Virus record (IMG/VR): IMGVR_UViG_3300032288_003533
Coordinates: 12,233 to 76,232 of that record
Reading direction: 5' to 3' (one strand)
Length of the DNA stretch: 64,000 nucleotides
From: a virus
The notes under the pieces were generated by a model that did no database searches, was not told the DNA's origin, and saw nothing but the letters and a program-made list of their open reading frames with translations. A program made the translations under genes and the position numbers. Shown piece after piece: positions 1 through 9,185 of the stretch (its first letter is position 1; each line of letters begins with the position of its first letter).

Positions 1-206
1 TCTGCAAATTTTTCACTAGCAATAAATCCTAATCCAGCTATTGCCAACCATACTAATCCTTCAAACACATAATCAGTTATTGTATAATTTGAAAATAAAT
101 CAACAATTGATGCAAATATTATTGTTACTGCTGCTGACACCCCAATGGATCTTTTACTTGATATATCACCATTTGCTGTTAATAAAGATTTGAAAAATTT
201 TTTCAT
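1..206 (-). CDS. Small two-TM membrane protein, holin-like (partial, runs off the window)
   Basis: Manual translation MKKFFKSLLTANGDISSKRSIGVSAAVTIIFASIVDLF...VFEGLVWLAIAGLGFIASEKFA shows two hydrophobic segments. Lies directly downstream of the M23 peptidase and glucosaminidase genes. Confidence 0.5.
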   Translation of the reverse strand, partial: MKKFFKSLLTANGDISSKRSIGVSAAVTIIFASIVDLFSNYTITDYVFEGLVWLAIAGLGFIASEKFA

Positions 207-207
207 A

Positions 208-1533
208 TTACAATATTTCTAATATTCTATTAATTTCTGTAATTAATTTTTTTGAGGCTGATTTGCTTTCTAATTTAAATTCAACATATGAATTACTTTT
301 ATTTGTTACTGGTAAATCATATGGTGTAGTATATGACTTACTTTTACTTGTTGTTGGTAATTCATAAGGTTCAGTATATGAGTTGCTTTTATTTGTTGTT
401 GGTAAATCATAAGGTTCAATATATGAGTTACTTTTGTTTGTTGTTGGTAAAGTACTATAACTAGCACCACCACCACTACTACTCCACCTATTATTTTTTT
501 TGGGAGCATTTTTTGCTCCATAAACATCAATCAATTTAACTTTAATAATGTTAGCAACACCACCTAAACTCACATATACTTCAAAATATTCTGAATTCTT
601 AGGTACTTCACCAATTAATTCATCAAAATTTGTGTTCTTTTCATTTAAATTAAACTTATCACAACATACATTAATTATGTATCTTTTACTTTCAAACTCA
701 ACTTCTACTTTTTTACAAATACCATCATCACTATTAAGTACTTTGCATTTTGAGAATTTACAATAAAATTTCCCAGAACTTGGGTGATATGTGTAAGCAT
801 CTTCAAATGTCCCCCCATTTGGTTTAAAAGAACTTCTAATTTTATTACCAATACTTGTTATAGAATCAGAATCATCAGAATCTTCTTCATTAAGTATTAA
901 TGTATATATGTCTTTTAAATTTAATTTTTTACTTTTAAAACTATGTGAAATAACAGATTCATTTTTGTTTAAATCAACTGCATTGAAATCATCCATTTTA
1001 CTTAAATCAACTGCATTGAAATCATCCATTTTATTTAAATCAACTGCATTGAAATCACCCATTTTATTTAAGTAATTTTTATTTTTAATATTAGGGGTTG
1101 GTGGTGTTTCATTACTTAAAACAGTTTCTGGGTCTATAAGTACACCATTTCTTCTAACTTCAAAATGTAAATGTGCGCCAGTAGTATGTCCTTTACCTAA
1201 ATCACTTAAATCACCACCACTTAATGCTATAATTTGACCAGGGACAACATTCTCATTAGGTTTAACAAATAATTTTTTTAAATGGCAATATTTTGTAACA
1301 ATATTATCTGGGTGTTTAATTTCAATTAGGCCACCACAAGTCCCTTGTGTTATTTCACTACGTAAAACAACACCTTTTTCTGGGGCTAAAATTTCAGTAC
1401 CAGAAGGTATTGCAAAATCAGTTCCTTTGTGAACTCTATTTCCTCTAATAGAACTAACATCATAATAATTAGATGAAATTAAATTTGAATTATAATTTTT
1501 AAAAGGTGCATATAATTTATTTTCAATAATCAT
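208..1533 (-). CDS. M23-family peptidase domain protein with repetitive C-terminal region
   Basis: HKGTD (HxxxD), YCHL and HLHFEVR (HxH) motifs; internal tandem repeats. Confidence 0.85.
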   Translation of the reverse strand: MIIENKLYAPFKNYNSNLISSNYYDVSSIRGNRVHKGTDFAIPSGTEILAPEKGVVLRSEITQGTCGGLIEIKHPDNIVTKYCHLKKLFVKPNENVVPGQIIALSGGDLSDLGKGHTTGAHLHFEVRRNGVLIDPETVLSNETPPTPNIKNKNYLNKMGDFNAVDLNKMDDFNAVDLSKMDDFNAVDLNKNESVISHSFKSKKLNLKDIYTLILNEEDSDDSDSITSIGNKIRSSFKPNGGTFEDAYTYHPSSGKFYCKFSKCKVLNSDDGICKKVEVEFESKRYIINVCCDKFNLNEKNTNFDELIGEVPKNSEYFEVYVSLGGVANIIKVKLIDVYGAKNAPKKNNRWSSSGGGASYSTLPTTNKSNSYIEPYDLPTTNKSNSYTEPYELPTTSKSKSYTTPYDLPVTNKSNSYVEFKLESKSASKKLITEINRILEIL

Positions 1534-1568
1534 ATTATATTATTTTATATATAAATACCATAATATAA

Positions 1569-2174
1569 TTAAACTATTCTTTTTGATTTAATTATTTCAC
1601 ATAAATTTTCATTATACTCATATATGTCAATACTTTTTTTGTATTTTTTATATAAATCATAATTTTTATTTATAATGGATTCATTTTCATTTATAATCTT
1701 TTTAACAAAAAAGACATAATTTGAATCTTCTGCATAAATTCTACTTAAAAAACTAAAATACTCCTCTCTGGATTTTTCTTTATTCCTAAATAAAAATTCT
1801 TGAAATAATTTATAATCTTTCACACTATCTGTCCAGCAATCATAAATTGAGAATCCCCTATTTTCCCCAATAGCAGTAGTTTTTCTTCTTTCTGGATATC
1901 TCATACCAAATAAATTTTTATTTTCTGCAAAAATATAACTGGTCATATATCCACTTTCCAATAATGCTTGTGCAAAAACAATGTCAGGGTATTTGATATC
2001 ATTATCCAATATTTCAAAATATAATAATAATAATTTTGAATTATTCTCATTAAAGATTTTTTGTTCATTGATTTTTATATCATTGATTTCATTCTTTTGA
2101 ATTTTAACATTTTCTGTTAAAATAATTAAATTAATTGCAATTAATGCAATTGATGCATATATTAATTTTTTCAT
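1569..2174 (-). CDS. Glucosaminidase-domain (GH73-like) peptidoglycan hydrolase with N-terminal hydrophobic anchor
   Basis: AQALLESG, NLFGM and YAED motifs; hydrophobic N-terminus. Confidence 0.8.
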   Translation of the reverse strand: MKKLIYASIALIAINLIILTENVKIQKNEINDIKINEQKIFNENNSKLLLLYFEILDNDIKYPDIVFAQALLESGYMTSYIFAENKNLFGMRYPERRKTTAIGENRGFSIYDCWTDSVKDYKLFQEFLFRNKEKSREEYFSFLSRIYAEDSNYVFFVKKIINENESIINKNYDLYKKYKKSIDIYEYNENLCEIIKSKRIV

Positions 2175-2208
2175 AAATTTTTATTTTTGTTATGTAAATA
2201 ATTTGGTG

Positions 2209-2216
2209 CAAAGATA
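2209..2216 (-). promoter_or_regulatory. Bacteroidota-type -7 element TATCTTTG
   Basis: Matches TAnnTTTG, about 35 nt upstream of the 2174 start. Confidence 0.5.
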
Positions 2217-2281
2217 ATGCAAACCAATTAGATTATATTAATAAATATCAATAATAATCATCTTTTTGTTTAAAACAAATA

Positions 2282-2310
2282 AAAAGTGCCACAAAATGTG
2301 ACACTTTCTT
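2282..2310 (-). terminator. Hairpin terminator downstream of tmRNA
   Basis: AAAGTG(C)CACA-AAA-TGTG(A)CACTTT inverted repeat followed by a T-run on the minus strand. Confidence 0.65.
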
Positions 2311-2732
2311 TGGTGGAGACGCAGGGAATTGAACCCTGGTCTTGCTCATAATTTAGTAAAAAGACTACATGTTTATTCCATAGATTCTGTATGGACACAT
2401 AAGACAGTTCATATTTTTCCATTTGTACTGCCAACTGTGGGGGGTTCACTTCCACTATTTGCATAGACTTACAGGTAGCACCCCAAACCAAAACCTTTGA
2501 TACAATAAGTAGTATCACACTATAAGGCTTCTGTTCCTAGGTTATATGCCCACCGACCCGGGGTTGTTATGACTACTAAGCCGCAACAACAGCATCTTCA
2601 CGTACTAGACCTAAAGTTGCTAAAGTTTCTAAAGTGTTGCCAGTTAAAGGCTTGAACCAGTTGTTAATGAGGTTAATTCAGCCCCAACATGCCTTCTTAC
2701 CCAATCCACGCCAATCGATACCTTTCGTCCCC
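2311..2732 (-). ncRNA. ssrA: tmRNA (422 nt); tag (A)GNTLETLATLGLVREDAVVAA**
   Basis: 5' GGGGACG pairs with 3' CGTCTCC-ACCA, giving the G3:U alanine identity pair. T-arm CAGGGTTCAATTCCCTG. Tag frame starts after TTTAACT at 2641 and ends in AA plus TAG TAG. Confidence 0.93.
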
Positions 2733-2767
2733 TTGTCTTATAAATATCATCATTTCTGTTGATGACA

Positions 2768-2799
2768 CAAATATAGATTCCTTTTTTTGATTTTCCAAA
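2768..2799 (-). promoter_or_regulatory. Bacteroidota housekeeping-type promoter (-33 TTTG / -7 TATATTTG) for tmRNA
   Basis: TTTG (2799-2796), 20-nt spacer, TATATTTG (2775-2768). Confidence 0.7.
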
Positions 2800-2892
2800 T
2801 GGTTTTTTCATTTTCTTTTAAAATAATTTGATTTGCTGTTTTGTGGATGCAATAATAATATTTAGTTATATTTATATATTAAAATATGAATT

Positions 2893-3459
2893 ATGGAAAA
2901 AGAAACATTAAAAAACATACTTGATTTTCTTAAACATAATGAGAATAGAAATATTCCATTTATGTGGAAATTAAAAAATAATGAACCATTCACAGATGAT
3001 GAATTACACATTAAAGGTGATTTGGTTTTAGAAGAATCAAATATAACATCCTTACCAGAAGGATTAAAAGTAGGGGGTAGTTTGAATTTAGCAAGTTGCA
3101 TAGATTTAAAATCATTACCAGACAATTTGAAAGTTGGTGAGAATTTGTCTTTATCTGAAACACGTTTTAGATTCTTACCAAAAGGCTTGGAAGTTGGGGG
3201 TAATTTGGATTTATATGCTTCACAAATAGACTCCTTACCAAAGGACTTGAAGGTTGGCGGGGATTTGAATATTGAAGGCACTTACATAGAATTATTACCA
3301 AGTGGCTTACAAGTTGGTGGTGATTTATATTTGAATGATAGTGATTTGCATCACAGCATAGATTATGATGATAGTGATGAATTAAGGGATATTGTAAAAA
3401 AAATGGTTGAACCTGGTTTTATTAAAGGTGAGGTAATTTTTGATGAGTATGATGATTGA
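2893..3459 (+). CDS. Capped LRR-like repeat protein A1 (5 repeats)
   Basis: MEKETLK N-cap, xxLPxGLxVGGxLxL repeats, MVEPGFIKG C-cap. Confidence 0.85.
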   Translation: MEKETLKNILDFLKHNENRNIPFMWKLKNNEPFTDDELHIKGDLVLEESNITSLPEGLKVGGSLNLASCIDLKSLPDNLKVGENLSLSETRFRFLPKGLEVGGNLDLYASQIDSLPKDLKVGGDLNIEGTYIELLPSGLQVGGDLYLNDSDLHHSIDYDDSDELRDIVKKMVEPGFIKGEVIFDEYDD

Positions 3460-3476
3460 TTTAAATTAAATATATT

Positions 3477-4022
3477 ATGGAAAAAGAAACAATAAAAAAC
3501 ATATTTGAATTTATTGAAAGAAAAGATAATAGAAAAATTCCATTTATGTGGAAATTAAAAAATAATGAACCAATAACAGAAGATGATTTGATTGTTAATG
3601 GTGATTTGGATTTGAGACCTAGTAGCATAGATTACATAGATATAGAATCATTACCAGAAGGATTAAAAGTTTCTGGTTGTTTAAATCTTATGGGTTCAGA
3701 TATGAAACTTTTACCAAAAGGCTTGGAAGTTGGTGGGTATTTGGATTTAAGTTATTCACTTATAAACTCATTACCAGAAGGTTTAAAAGTTGGTGGGAGT
3801 TTATCTTTATTTGATTGTGCATATATGACTTCACTGCCAGAAGGCTTGAAGGTTGGGGGTAATTTAGATTTAGGGGCTACAAATATAACATCATTACCAA
3901 GAGGGTTAAAAGTTGAGGGTTATATAGAGTTGAATGGTACAAAATTAACAGATTACTCAGATGATGAATTAAGAAAAATGGTCAAACCTGGATATATAAA
4001 AGGAAGAATAATTAAATTTTAA
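3477..4022 (+). CDS. Capped LRR-like repeat protein A2 (5 repeats)
   Basis: Same cap/repeat/cap architecture. Confidence 0.85.
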   Translation: MEKETIKNIFEFIERKDNRKIPFMWKLKNNEPITEDDLIVNGDLDLRPSSIDYIDIESLPEGLKVSGCLNLMGSDMKLLPKGLEVGGYLDLSYSLINSLPEGLKVGGSLSLFDCAYMTSLPEGLKVGGNLDLGATNITSLPRGLKVEGYIELNGTKLTDYSDDELRKMVKPGYIKGRIIKF

Positions 4023-4025
4023 TTA

Positions 4026-4505
4026 ATGGAAAAAGAAACACTAAAAAAGATATTTGATTTTCTTGAAAAGAATGATAATAAAAGAAAACCACTTATGTGG
4101 AAATTAAAAAACAATATACCAATAACAGAAAAAGATGATTTGATTGTTAAAGGTAGTTTGGATTTATCTAGTTCAAACATAACCTCACTACCAAAAGGTT
4201 TGGAAGTTAAAGGTGGTTTAAGTTTATATGAATCAGAAATAATCTCCTTACCAGAAGGCTTGAAGGTTGGGGGTGATTTAGATTTAAGAAATTCATATAT
4301 AGAAAGTTTACCAGAAGGATTGGAAGTTGGGGATGAATTGGATTTAGCATATACATACATAACATCATTACCAAAAGGCTTAAAAGTTGGGGGGCTTTTG
4401 ATTATAATTGAGAGTGATTTATTAAAATATTCTGATGAAGAAATAAGAAAAATGATTGAACCTGGGTATATTAAAAAGAAAATAGTTAGAGAATATTATA
4501 GATAA
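4026..4505 (+). CDS. Capped LRR-like repeat protein A3 (4 repeats)
   Basis: Same cap/repeat/cap architecture. Confidence 0.85.
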   Translation: MEKETLKKIFDFLEKNDNKRKPLMWKLKNNIPITEKDDLIVKGSLDLSSSNITSLPKGLEVKGGLSLYESEIISLPEGLKVGGDLDLRNSYIESLPEGLEVGDELDLAYTYITSLPKGLKVGGLLIIIESDLLKYSDEEIRKMIEPGYIKKKIVREYYR

Positions 4506-4529
4506 TTTACTATATTTGCATAAAAAAAC

Positions 4530-5327
4530 ATGGACAAAGAACTTTTAAAAGAAATATTATCAATCCCCTCCTATTCAGGCAAAGAAACAAAGCTGGTTGA
4601 TTTTATTACCAATTTTTTAAATACTAATGATATCAAATTCACAGTAGATGAGATGAAAAACATTTATTGTGTAAAAGGTGAAGCGGAGTATTATCCTTGT
4701 GTTGTAGCACACACAGATACTGTCCATAACAACACTTTTATAGATGTTAGGACTGAACTTAAACCAAACTCCAAAAGAGCCTTAAAAGAGGCTTATAAGG
4801 GTTATGATGCAAAAGGAAAACCAACAGGAATTGGTGGTGATGACAAGGCTGGAGTATTTGCTTGTCTTACCTTATTAAAGGAATTGCCAGTAATAAAAGC
4901 AGCCTTTTTTGTTTCAGAAGAAATTGGTTGCGTGGGATCACTAAAAGCTGATGCAAATTTTTTCCTAGATGTGGGTTATGCCATTCAATTTGATGCCCCC
5001 TTTGATTGGATGGTAAGTGAAATATCATCTGGGGTTAGATTATTTGATAGAGATAGTAAGTTCTTCACAAAGATAGATAAGGTATTAACAGAAAACACAA
5101 ACCCCCAATATCAATCACACCCATATACCGATATATTTGCCTTAAAGAAATTATTTGATTTTAGTTGTGTTAATATATCAATAGGATATTATGATTATCA
5201 CACAAAGGATGAATATGTTGTTTTAGAGGATGTGGAGAAAGGAATTAAAATGGGCAGAGAAATGATAGAAAGTTTGGGATGTGAAAAATATTACAAAAGA
5301 TACAAACCATTAAGAATATTAGGATAA
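4530..5327 (+). CDS. M28/M42-clan Zn metallopeptidase
   Basis: AHTD, GGDDK, SEEIG and late YHT metal-ligand motifs. TATATTTG element at 4511-4518. Confidence 0.8.
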   Translation: MDKELLKEILSIPSYSGKETKLVDFITNFLNTNDIKFTVDEMKNIYCVKGEAEYYPCVVAHTDTVHNNTFIDVRTELKPNSKRALKEAYKGYDAKGKPTGIGGDDKAGVFACLTLLKELPVIKAAFFVSEEIGCVGSLKADANFFLDVGYAIQFDAPFDWMVSEISSGVRLFDRDSKFFTKIDKVLTENTNPQYQSHPYTDIFALKKLFDFSCVNISIGYYDYHTKDEYVVLEDVEKGIKMGREMIESLGCEKYYKRYKPLRILG

Positions 5328-5329
5328 AA

Positions 5330-5360
5330 AGAAATGGGGGTTATTAGCCCCCATTTTTAT
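5330..5360. terminator. Bidirectional intrinsic terminator
   Basis: AAATGGGGG-TTATTAG-CCCCCATTT between convergent genes. Confidence 0.8.
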
Positions 5361-7361
5361 TTAGTTTAGAATAACATTTTCATCTTTTGCAGTTAATTGG
5401 TATTTGCCCCCTTCTTTTACTGCATCATTTAATACTTCATCAGAAATTAAGTCTTCAATTTTGTCTTGAATTGCTCGTTTAATTGGTCTAGCACCATAAG
5501 TTTCATCAAACCCAATTTTTGATATTAAATCAACAACACTATCATCATAAGTGAAACTGTATTTTGATTCTTTTAATCTATCAATCAATTTATCAAGTTC
5601 AATTCTTGTGATTTTCTTAACATTCTCATCATTTAGTGTATTGAATACAACTGTATCATCAATACGATTTAAGAATTCTGGGGAGAAAAACTTTTTAAGT
5701 TCAGCCATTAGCATAGATTTTTTTGCTTCTTCATTGCCATATTTTGAACTAGTGAAACTAATACCTGTGCCAAAGTCAGAGAATTTCTTGATTCCCAAGT
5801 TTGATGTTAGAATGATTATGGTATTTTTAAAGTTAATTGTTTTTCCCATAGCATCAGTAAGATGACCATCATCCAGAATTTGCAATAATAAATGGAATAC
5901 ATCTTTATGTGCTTTTTCTATTTCATCAAATAAGATAACAGAATATGGGTTGTTTTTAACTTTTTCAGTTAATTGGCCACCTTCATCATGTGATACATAT
6001 CCTGGGGGTGAACCAATCAATCTTGATATGGTGTGTTTTTCTTGGTATTCACTCATATCAACACGAATTAATGCCTTTTCATTACCAAACAATTGTTTTG
6101 CAAGTTGTTTTGCAAGATGTGTTTTTCCAACACCTGTGGATCCCAAACAAATAAAGCTACCAATTGGTCGGTTGGGGTCTTTTATGTTTAATCTATTTCT
6201 CTTAATTGCTTTAACAATTGAATCAACTGCTTGGTCTTGTCCAATAACATTATCTTTAATCTTTTTATCAATATTGATAAGTTTTTGCTTTTCATCAAGA
6301 TTTAACTGTTCAATTGGGATGTTTGTCATAATTGAAACAACAGAATAAACATCTTCTGAATCAATGGTTCTTTTATTTTTAATATTATCGTCTTCAAACT
6401 TTTTTGTTTCAGCCTCAAGTTTGTTCAATAATTTTAATTCCTTATCTCTAATTTCAGCAGCCAATTCATATTCTTGATTAATAACAACCCTTGTTTTTTC
6501 TTTTTTTAATTCTGCAATTTTTTCTTTTAACTTTTTAATTGATTCTGGAATTTTAACTTCAACTTGTTGTCTTGCTCCAACTTCATCAATAACATCAAAT
6601 CCCTTATCTGGGAATGCCCTATCTGTGATATATCTATCAGCCAATCTAACAGATAGTTCAATTATTTCATCACTATATATTGACTTATGAAATGATTCAT
6701 ATTTATCAATAGATTGTTTAATAATTTTTATTGTTTCACTAATTGATGGTTGGTCTAATTTAATTTTTTGAAATCTTCTTGCCAAAGCACCATCTTTTTC
6801 AATTGATTTTTTGTATTCATCAAGAGTTGTTGCACCAATACATTGAATATCTCCTGATGCCAATGCTGGTTTGAATATGTTTGCACCATCCATAGAATTT
6901 GAAGAATTACCAGAACCAATTAATGTGTGAATTTCATCAATAAAAACAATCACATTTGGATTTGATGTTAGTTCATCAATAATAACTTTCATTCTTTCTT
7001 CAAACTGACCCCTATATTTGGTTCCAGCAACAACTGATGTTAAATCCAAATTAACAATTCTTTTGTTCAGTAAATTTTGTGGACCTTCACCCCTTGAAAT
7101 CATTAAAGCAACTCCTTCAATTAAGTTAGTTTTACCACAACCAGGTTCACCTAGTATTAGGGGGTTATTCTTCTTACGCCTTGATAAGATTTGAGCCAAT
7201 CGCTTAACCTCTTTTTCTCTACCAATTGACATATCTAACTTCCCCATCTCAGCCAATTTAGATAAGTCTCTACTGAAATTATCTAAAACAGGTGTTTTTG
7301 AACCAGTAGTATTTTTCTTACCTCTGGTTGTTTTTTCATCATCAAAGAAATCAACGTTCAT
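5361..7361 (-). CDS. clpC: ClpC-like double AAA+ unfoldase lacking the N-terminal domain
   Basis: GEPGCGKT/FIDE and GSTGVGKT/LFDE Walker motifs, KYRG pore loop, UVR-like middle coil (QEYELAAEIRD), YGARP sensor 2. Confidence 0.85.
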   Translation of the reverse strand: MNVDFFDDEKTTRGKKNTTGSKTPVLDNFSRDLSKLAEMGKLDMSIGREKEVKRLAQILSRRKKNNPLILGEPGCGKTNLIEGVALMISRGEGPQNLLNKRIVNLDLTSVVAGTKYRGQFEERMKVIIDELTSNPNVIVFIDEIHTLIGSGNSSNSMDGANIFKPALASGDIQCIGATTLDEYKKSIEKDGALARRFQKIKLDQPSISETIKIIKQSIDKYESFHKSIYSDEIIELSVRLADRYITDRAFPDKGFDVIDEVGARQQVEVKIPESIKKLKEKIAELKKEKTRVVINQEYELAAEIRDKELKLLNKLEAETKKFEDDNIKNKRTIDSEDVYSVVSIMTNIPIEQLNLDEKQKLINIDKKIKDNVIGQDQAVDSIVKAIKRNRLNIKDPNRPIGSFICLGSTGVGKTHLAKQLAKQLFGNEKALIRVDMSEYQEKHTISRLIGSPPGYVSHDEGGQLTEKVKNNPYSVILFDEIEKAHKDVFHLLLQILDDGHLTDAMGKTINFKNTIIILTSNLGIKKFSDFGTGISFTSSKYGNEEAKKSMLMAELKKFFSPEFLNRIDDTVVFNTLNDENVKKITRIELDKLIDRLKESKYSFTYDDSVVDLISKIGFDETYGARPIKRAIQDKIEDLISDEVLNDAVKEGGKYQLTAKDENVILN

Positions 7362-7415
7362 ATCTTATTGTTTTTTTATAAATATGCTACAAATTTTATA
7401 CTAATCAAATAGTTT

Positions 7416-7518
7416 TGACAAATTGTCTTATAATTTCATTGTATTATGACAAATTGTCATATTATTATATAGATAACTGCCATTTTGTCATATAAAAATA
7501 TATTGGCATTAAATTTGA
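7416..7518 (+). promoter_or_regulatory. Three phased TGACAnnnTGTCA-like palindromes plus a sigma54-like -24/-12 element upstream of hsp20
   Basis: TGACAAATTGTCT at 7416, TGACAAATTGTCA at 7447, TGCCATTTTGTCA at 7478 (31-bp period); TTGGCATTAAATTTGA at 7503-7518. Confidence 0.65.
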
Positions 7519-7560
7519 CTTTCTCATAAAAAAAATAAACATTTATAAAAAATCAAAATT

Positions 7561-7953
7561 ATGAGAGAGAGAGATTTAATTAAATTATTCTTTAATGGGT
7601 ATCCATTTATTACATCATCTTCATCAAGTACAGGTGCTTTTGATAATTATTTAGATAATTATTTAGAAACTAACTACACTATTGATGAAACAAAAGATGG
7701 TGCTTATGTGTCCTTTGATGTACCTGGTTTCACCAGAGATAATCTTGAAATATCTATAGAAGATAGAGTGGTCAAAATTAGTGGTGAAAGGGTTGTCAAT
7801 AAGAAAGGTGAAGTTAAGAGAATACTTCATAAATACAAAATTGATAGCAACTTTAATGAATCAAACATTGAAGCAACAGTATCAAATGGTATTTTAACAT
7901 TATTCTTACCAAATTACATTGCTAAACCTAAAAAAACAATAACAATTAACTAA
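7561..7953 (+). CDS. Small heat-shock protein (Hsp20/alpha-crystallin)
   Basis: DVPGF..NLEISIE..VKISGER and [15 protein letters not shown] motifs. Confidence 0.9.
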   Translation: MRERDLIKLFFNGYPFITSSSSSTGAFDNYLDNYLETNYTIDETKDGAYVSFDVPGFTRDNLEISIEDRVVKISGERVVNKKGEVKRILHKYKIDSNFNESNIEATVSNGILTLFLPNYIAKPKKTITIN

Positions 7954-8384
7954 TGACAAAAGTAAAAATTGAAACAGCAAAGGGAGTTATGATTGCTGAG
8001 TTATATGATAATGAAACCCCAATTACAGTTGATAACTTTAAGAAATTAATCAGCAAAGGATTTTATGATGGATTAAATTTCCATAGAGTTATCCCCAACT
8101 TTATGATTCAGGGGGGTTGCCCAAATGGGGTTGGAAATGGTGGTCCGGGGTATACTATTAAATGTGAGGTTACTGCTGATAAGCAATACCATGATAGAGG
8201 TGTATTGAGTATGGCACATGCTGGCAGAGATACTGGTGGATCACAATTCTTCATATGCCATAATAGGCAAGGTGTTGCTCATTTGGATGGAAATCATACA
8301 TGTTTTGGTAAAGTTGTTGATGGCTTGGATGTCATTGATTCAATTAGCCAGGGTGATTTAATAAATAAAATAACAATAATTTAA
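7953..8384 (+). CDS. Cyclophilin-type peptidyl-prolyl isomerase
   Basis: [44 protein letters not shown]. Confidence 0.95.
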   Translation: MTKVKIETAKGVMIAELYDNETPITVDNFKKLISKGFYDGLNFHRVIPNFMIQGGCPNGVGNGGPGYTIKCEVTADKQYHDRGVLSMAHAGRDTGGSQFFICHNRQGVAHLDGNHTCFGKVVDGLDVIDSISQGDLINKITII

Positions 8385-8388
8385 AAAA

Positions 8389-8850
8389 ATGAAAAATTTT
8401 CTATTATTTTTGGGTTTAATATCCATTTTTTCTTGTGAAAAAGAATTTGCACAAATAAAAGATGTTGTAAATGAAAAGAAAATAAATACAGTTGTATTAA
8501 CAATTGATTCTACAACAAAGTACAAAAGTGATTATGACTGGTTTTCTGTTGCATCAAATAGAGAGTACAATATGTCAACTGAATTTTTCTTTGCTGATTC
8601 TTTGGGGAAGATGGAGAATTTAACATCAATTATAAAAGAAAATCATACTGTAAAATATGAAGTTGATAGTGTTTTGGGATTTAAAATAAATATTTTGGAT
8701 AAAACATCAAATGGTCAACCATTGGGTTTATTAACAAATTTTAAAACATCAAAAGCTAATATGGGTAATTTAAAAATAACCATATTTAATACACAAAGTT
8801 GTACTAATGTATTTGAATACACTTTTCCAACAATTGTGGCAACTCCTTAA
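8389..8850 (+). CDS. Putative lipoprotein
   Basis: Signal MKNFLLFLGLISIFSC followed by EKE, typical of Bacteroidota lipoproteins. Confidence 0.65.
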   Translation: MKNFLLFLGLISIFSCEKEFAQIKDVVNEKKINTVVLTIDSTTKYKSDYDWFSVASNREYNMSTEFFFADSLGKMENLTSIIKENHTVKYEVDSVLGFKINILDKTSNGQPLGLLTNFKTSKANMGNLKITIFNTQSCTNVFEYTFPTIVATP

Positions 8851-8875
8851 TATTATTTAAGTGTATTTTTCCATT

Positions 8876-8912
8876 ACACCCCCTTGCTTAATTGTTTGGG
8901 GGTTTTTTTATT
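8876..8912 (+). terminator. Intrinsic terminator
   Basis: ACCCCC...GGGGGT followed by a T-run. Confidence 0.6.
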
Positions 8913-8942
8913 TTGATATATTTATATATAAAATATCAAATC

Positions 8943-9185
8943 ATGGGAATCACAAAAGAAATCATAAGTGGAACTAAAATCATTAATGAAATTAAATCTA
9001 GTAATATTAAGAAAAGTGAATATGACTTAAACACAAAAAAATTATTGATTACATTCAATAATGATATTATGTATGAGTATGATGATGTTCCGCATAAATT
9101 ATATACTCAATTTAGATTGTCAGAATCGCAGGGTAAATTTTTTAGCGCAAATATTGCTAAAAATTTTAAATATGTTAAAAAATGA
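8943..9185 (+). CDS. KTSC-domain protein (start reassigned to ATG at 8943)
   Basis: SSNI..YD...L.ITF...YEY.DVP......SESQGKFF pattern. The upstream part of the listed ORF overlaps a terminator and promoter. Confidence 0.8.
   Translation: MGITKEIISGTKIINEIKSSNIKKSEYDLNTKKLLITFNNDIMYEYDDVPHKLYTQFRLSESQGKFFSANIAKNFKYVKK

Noticed and set aside
2311-2345. Stand-alone tRNA or integration site
   Set aside because: It is the tRNA-like 3' end of the tmRNA; no integrase or duplicated att sequence was seen.
2270-2518. 82-aa minus-strand ORF
   Set aside because: Lies within the tmRNA; spurious.
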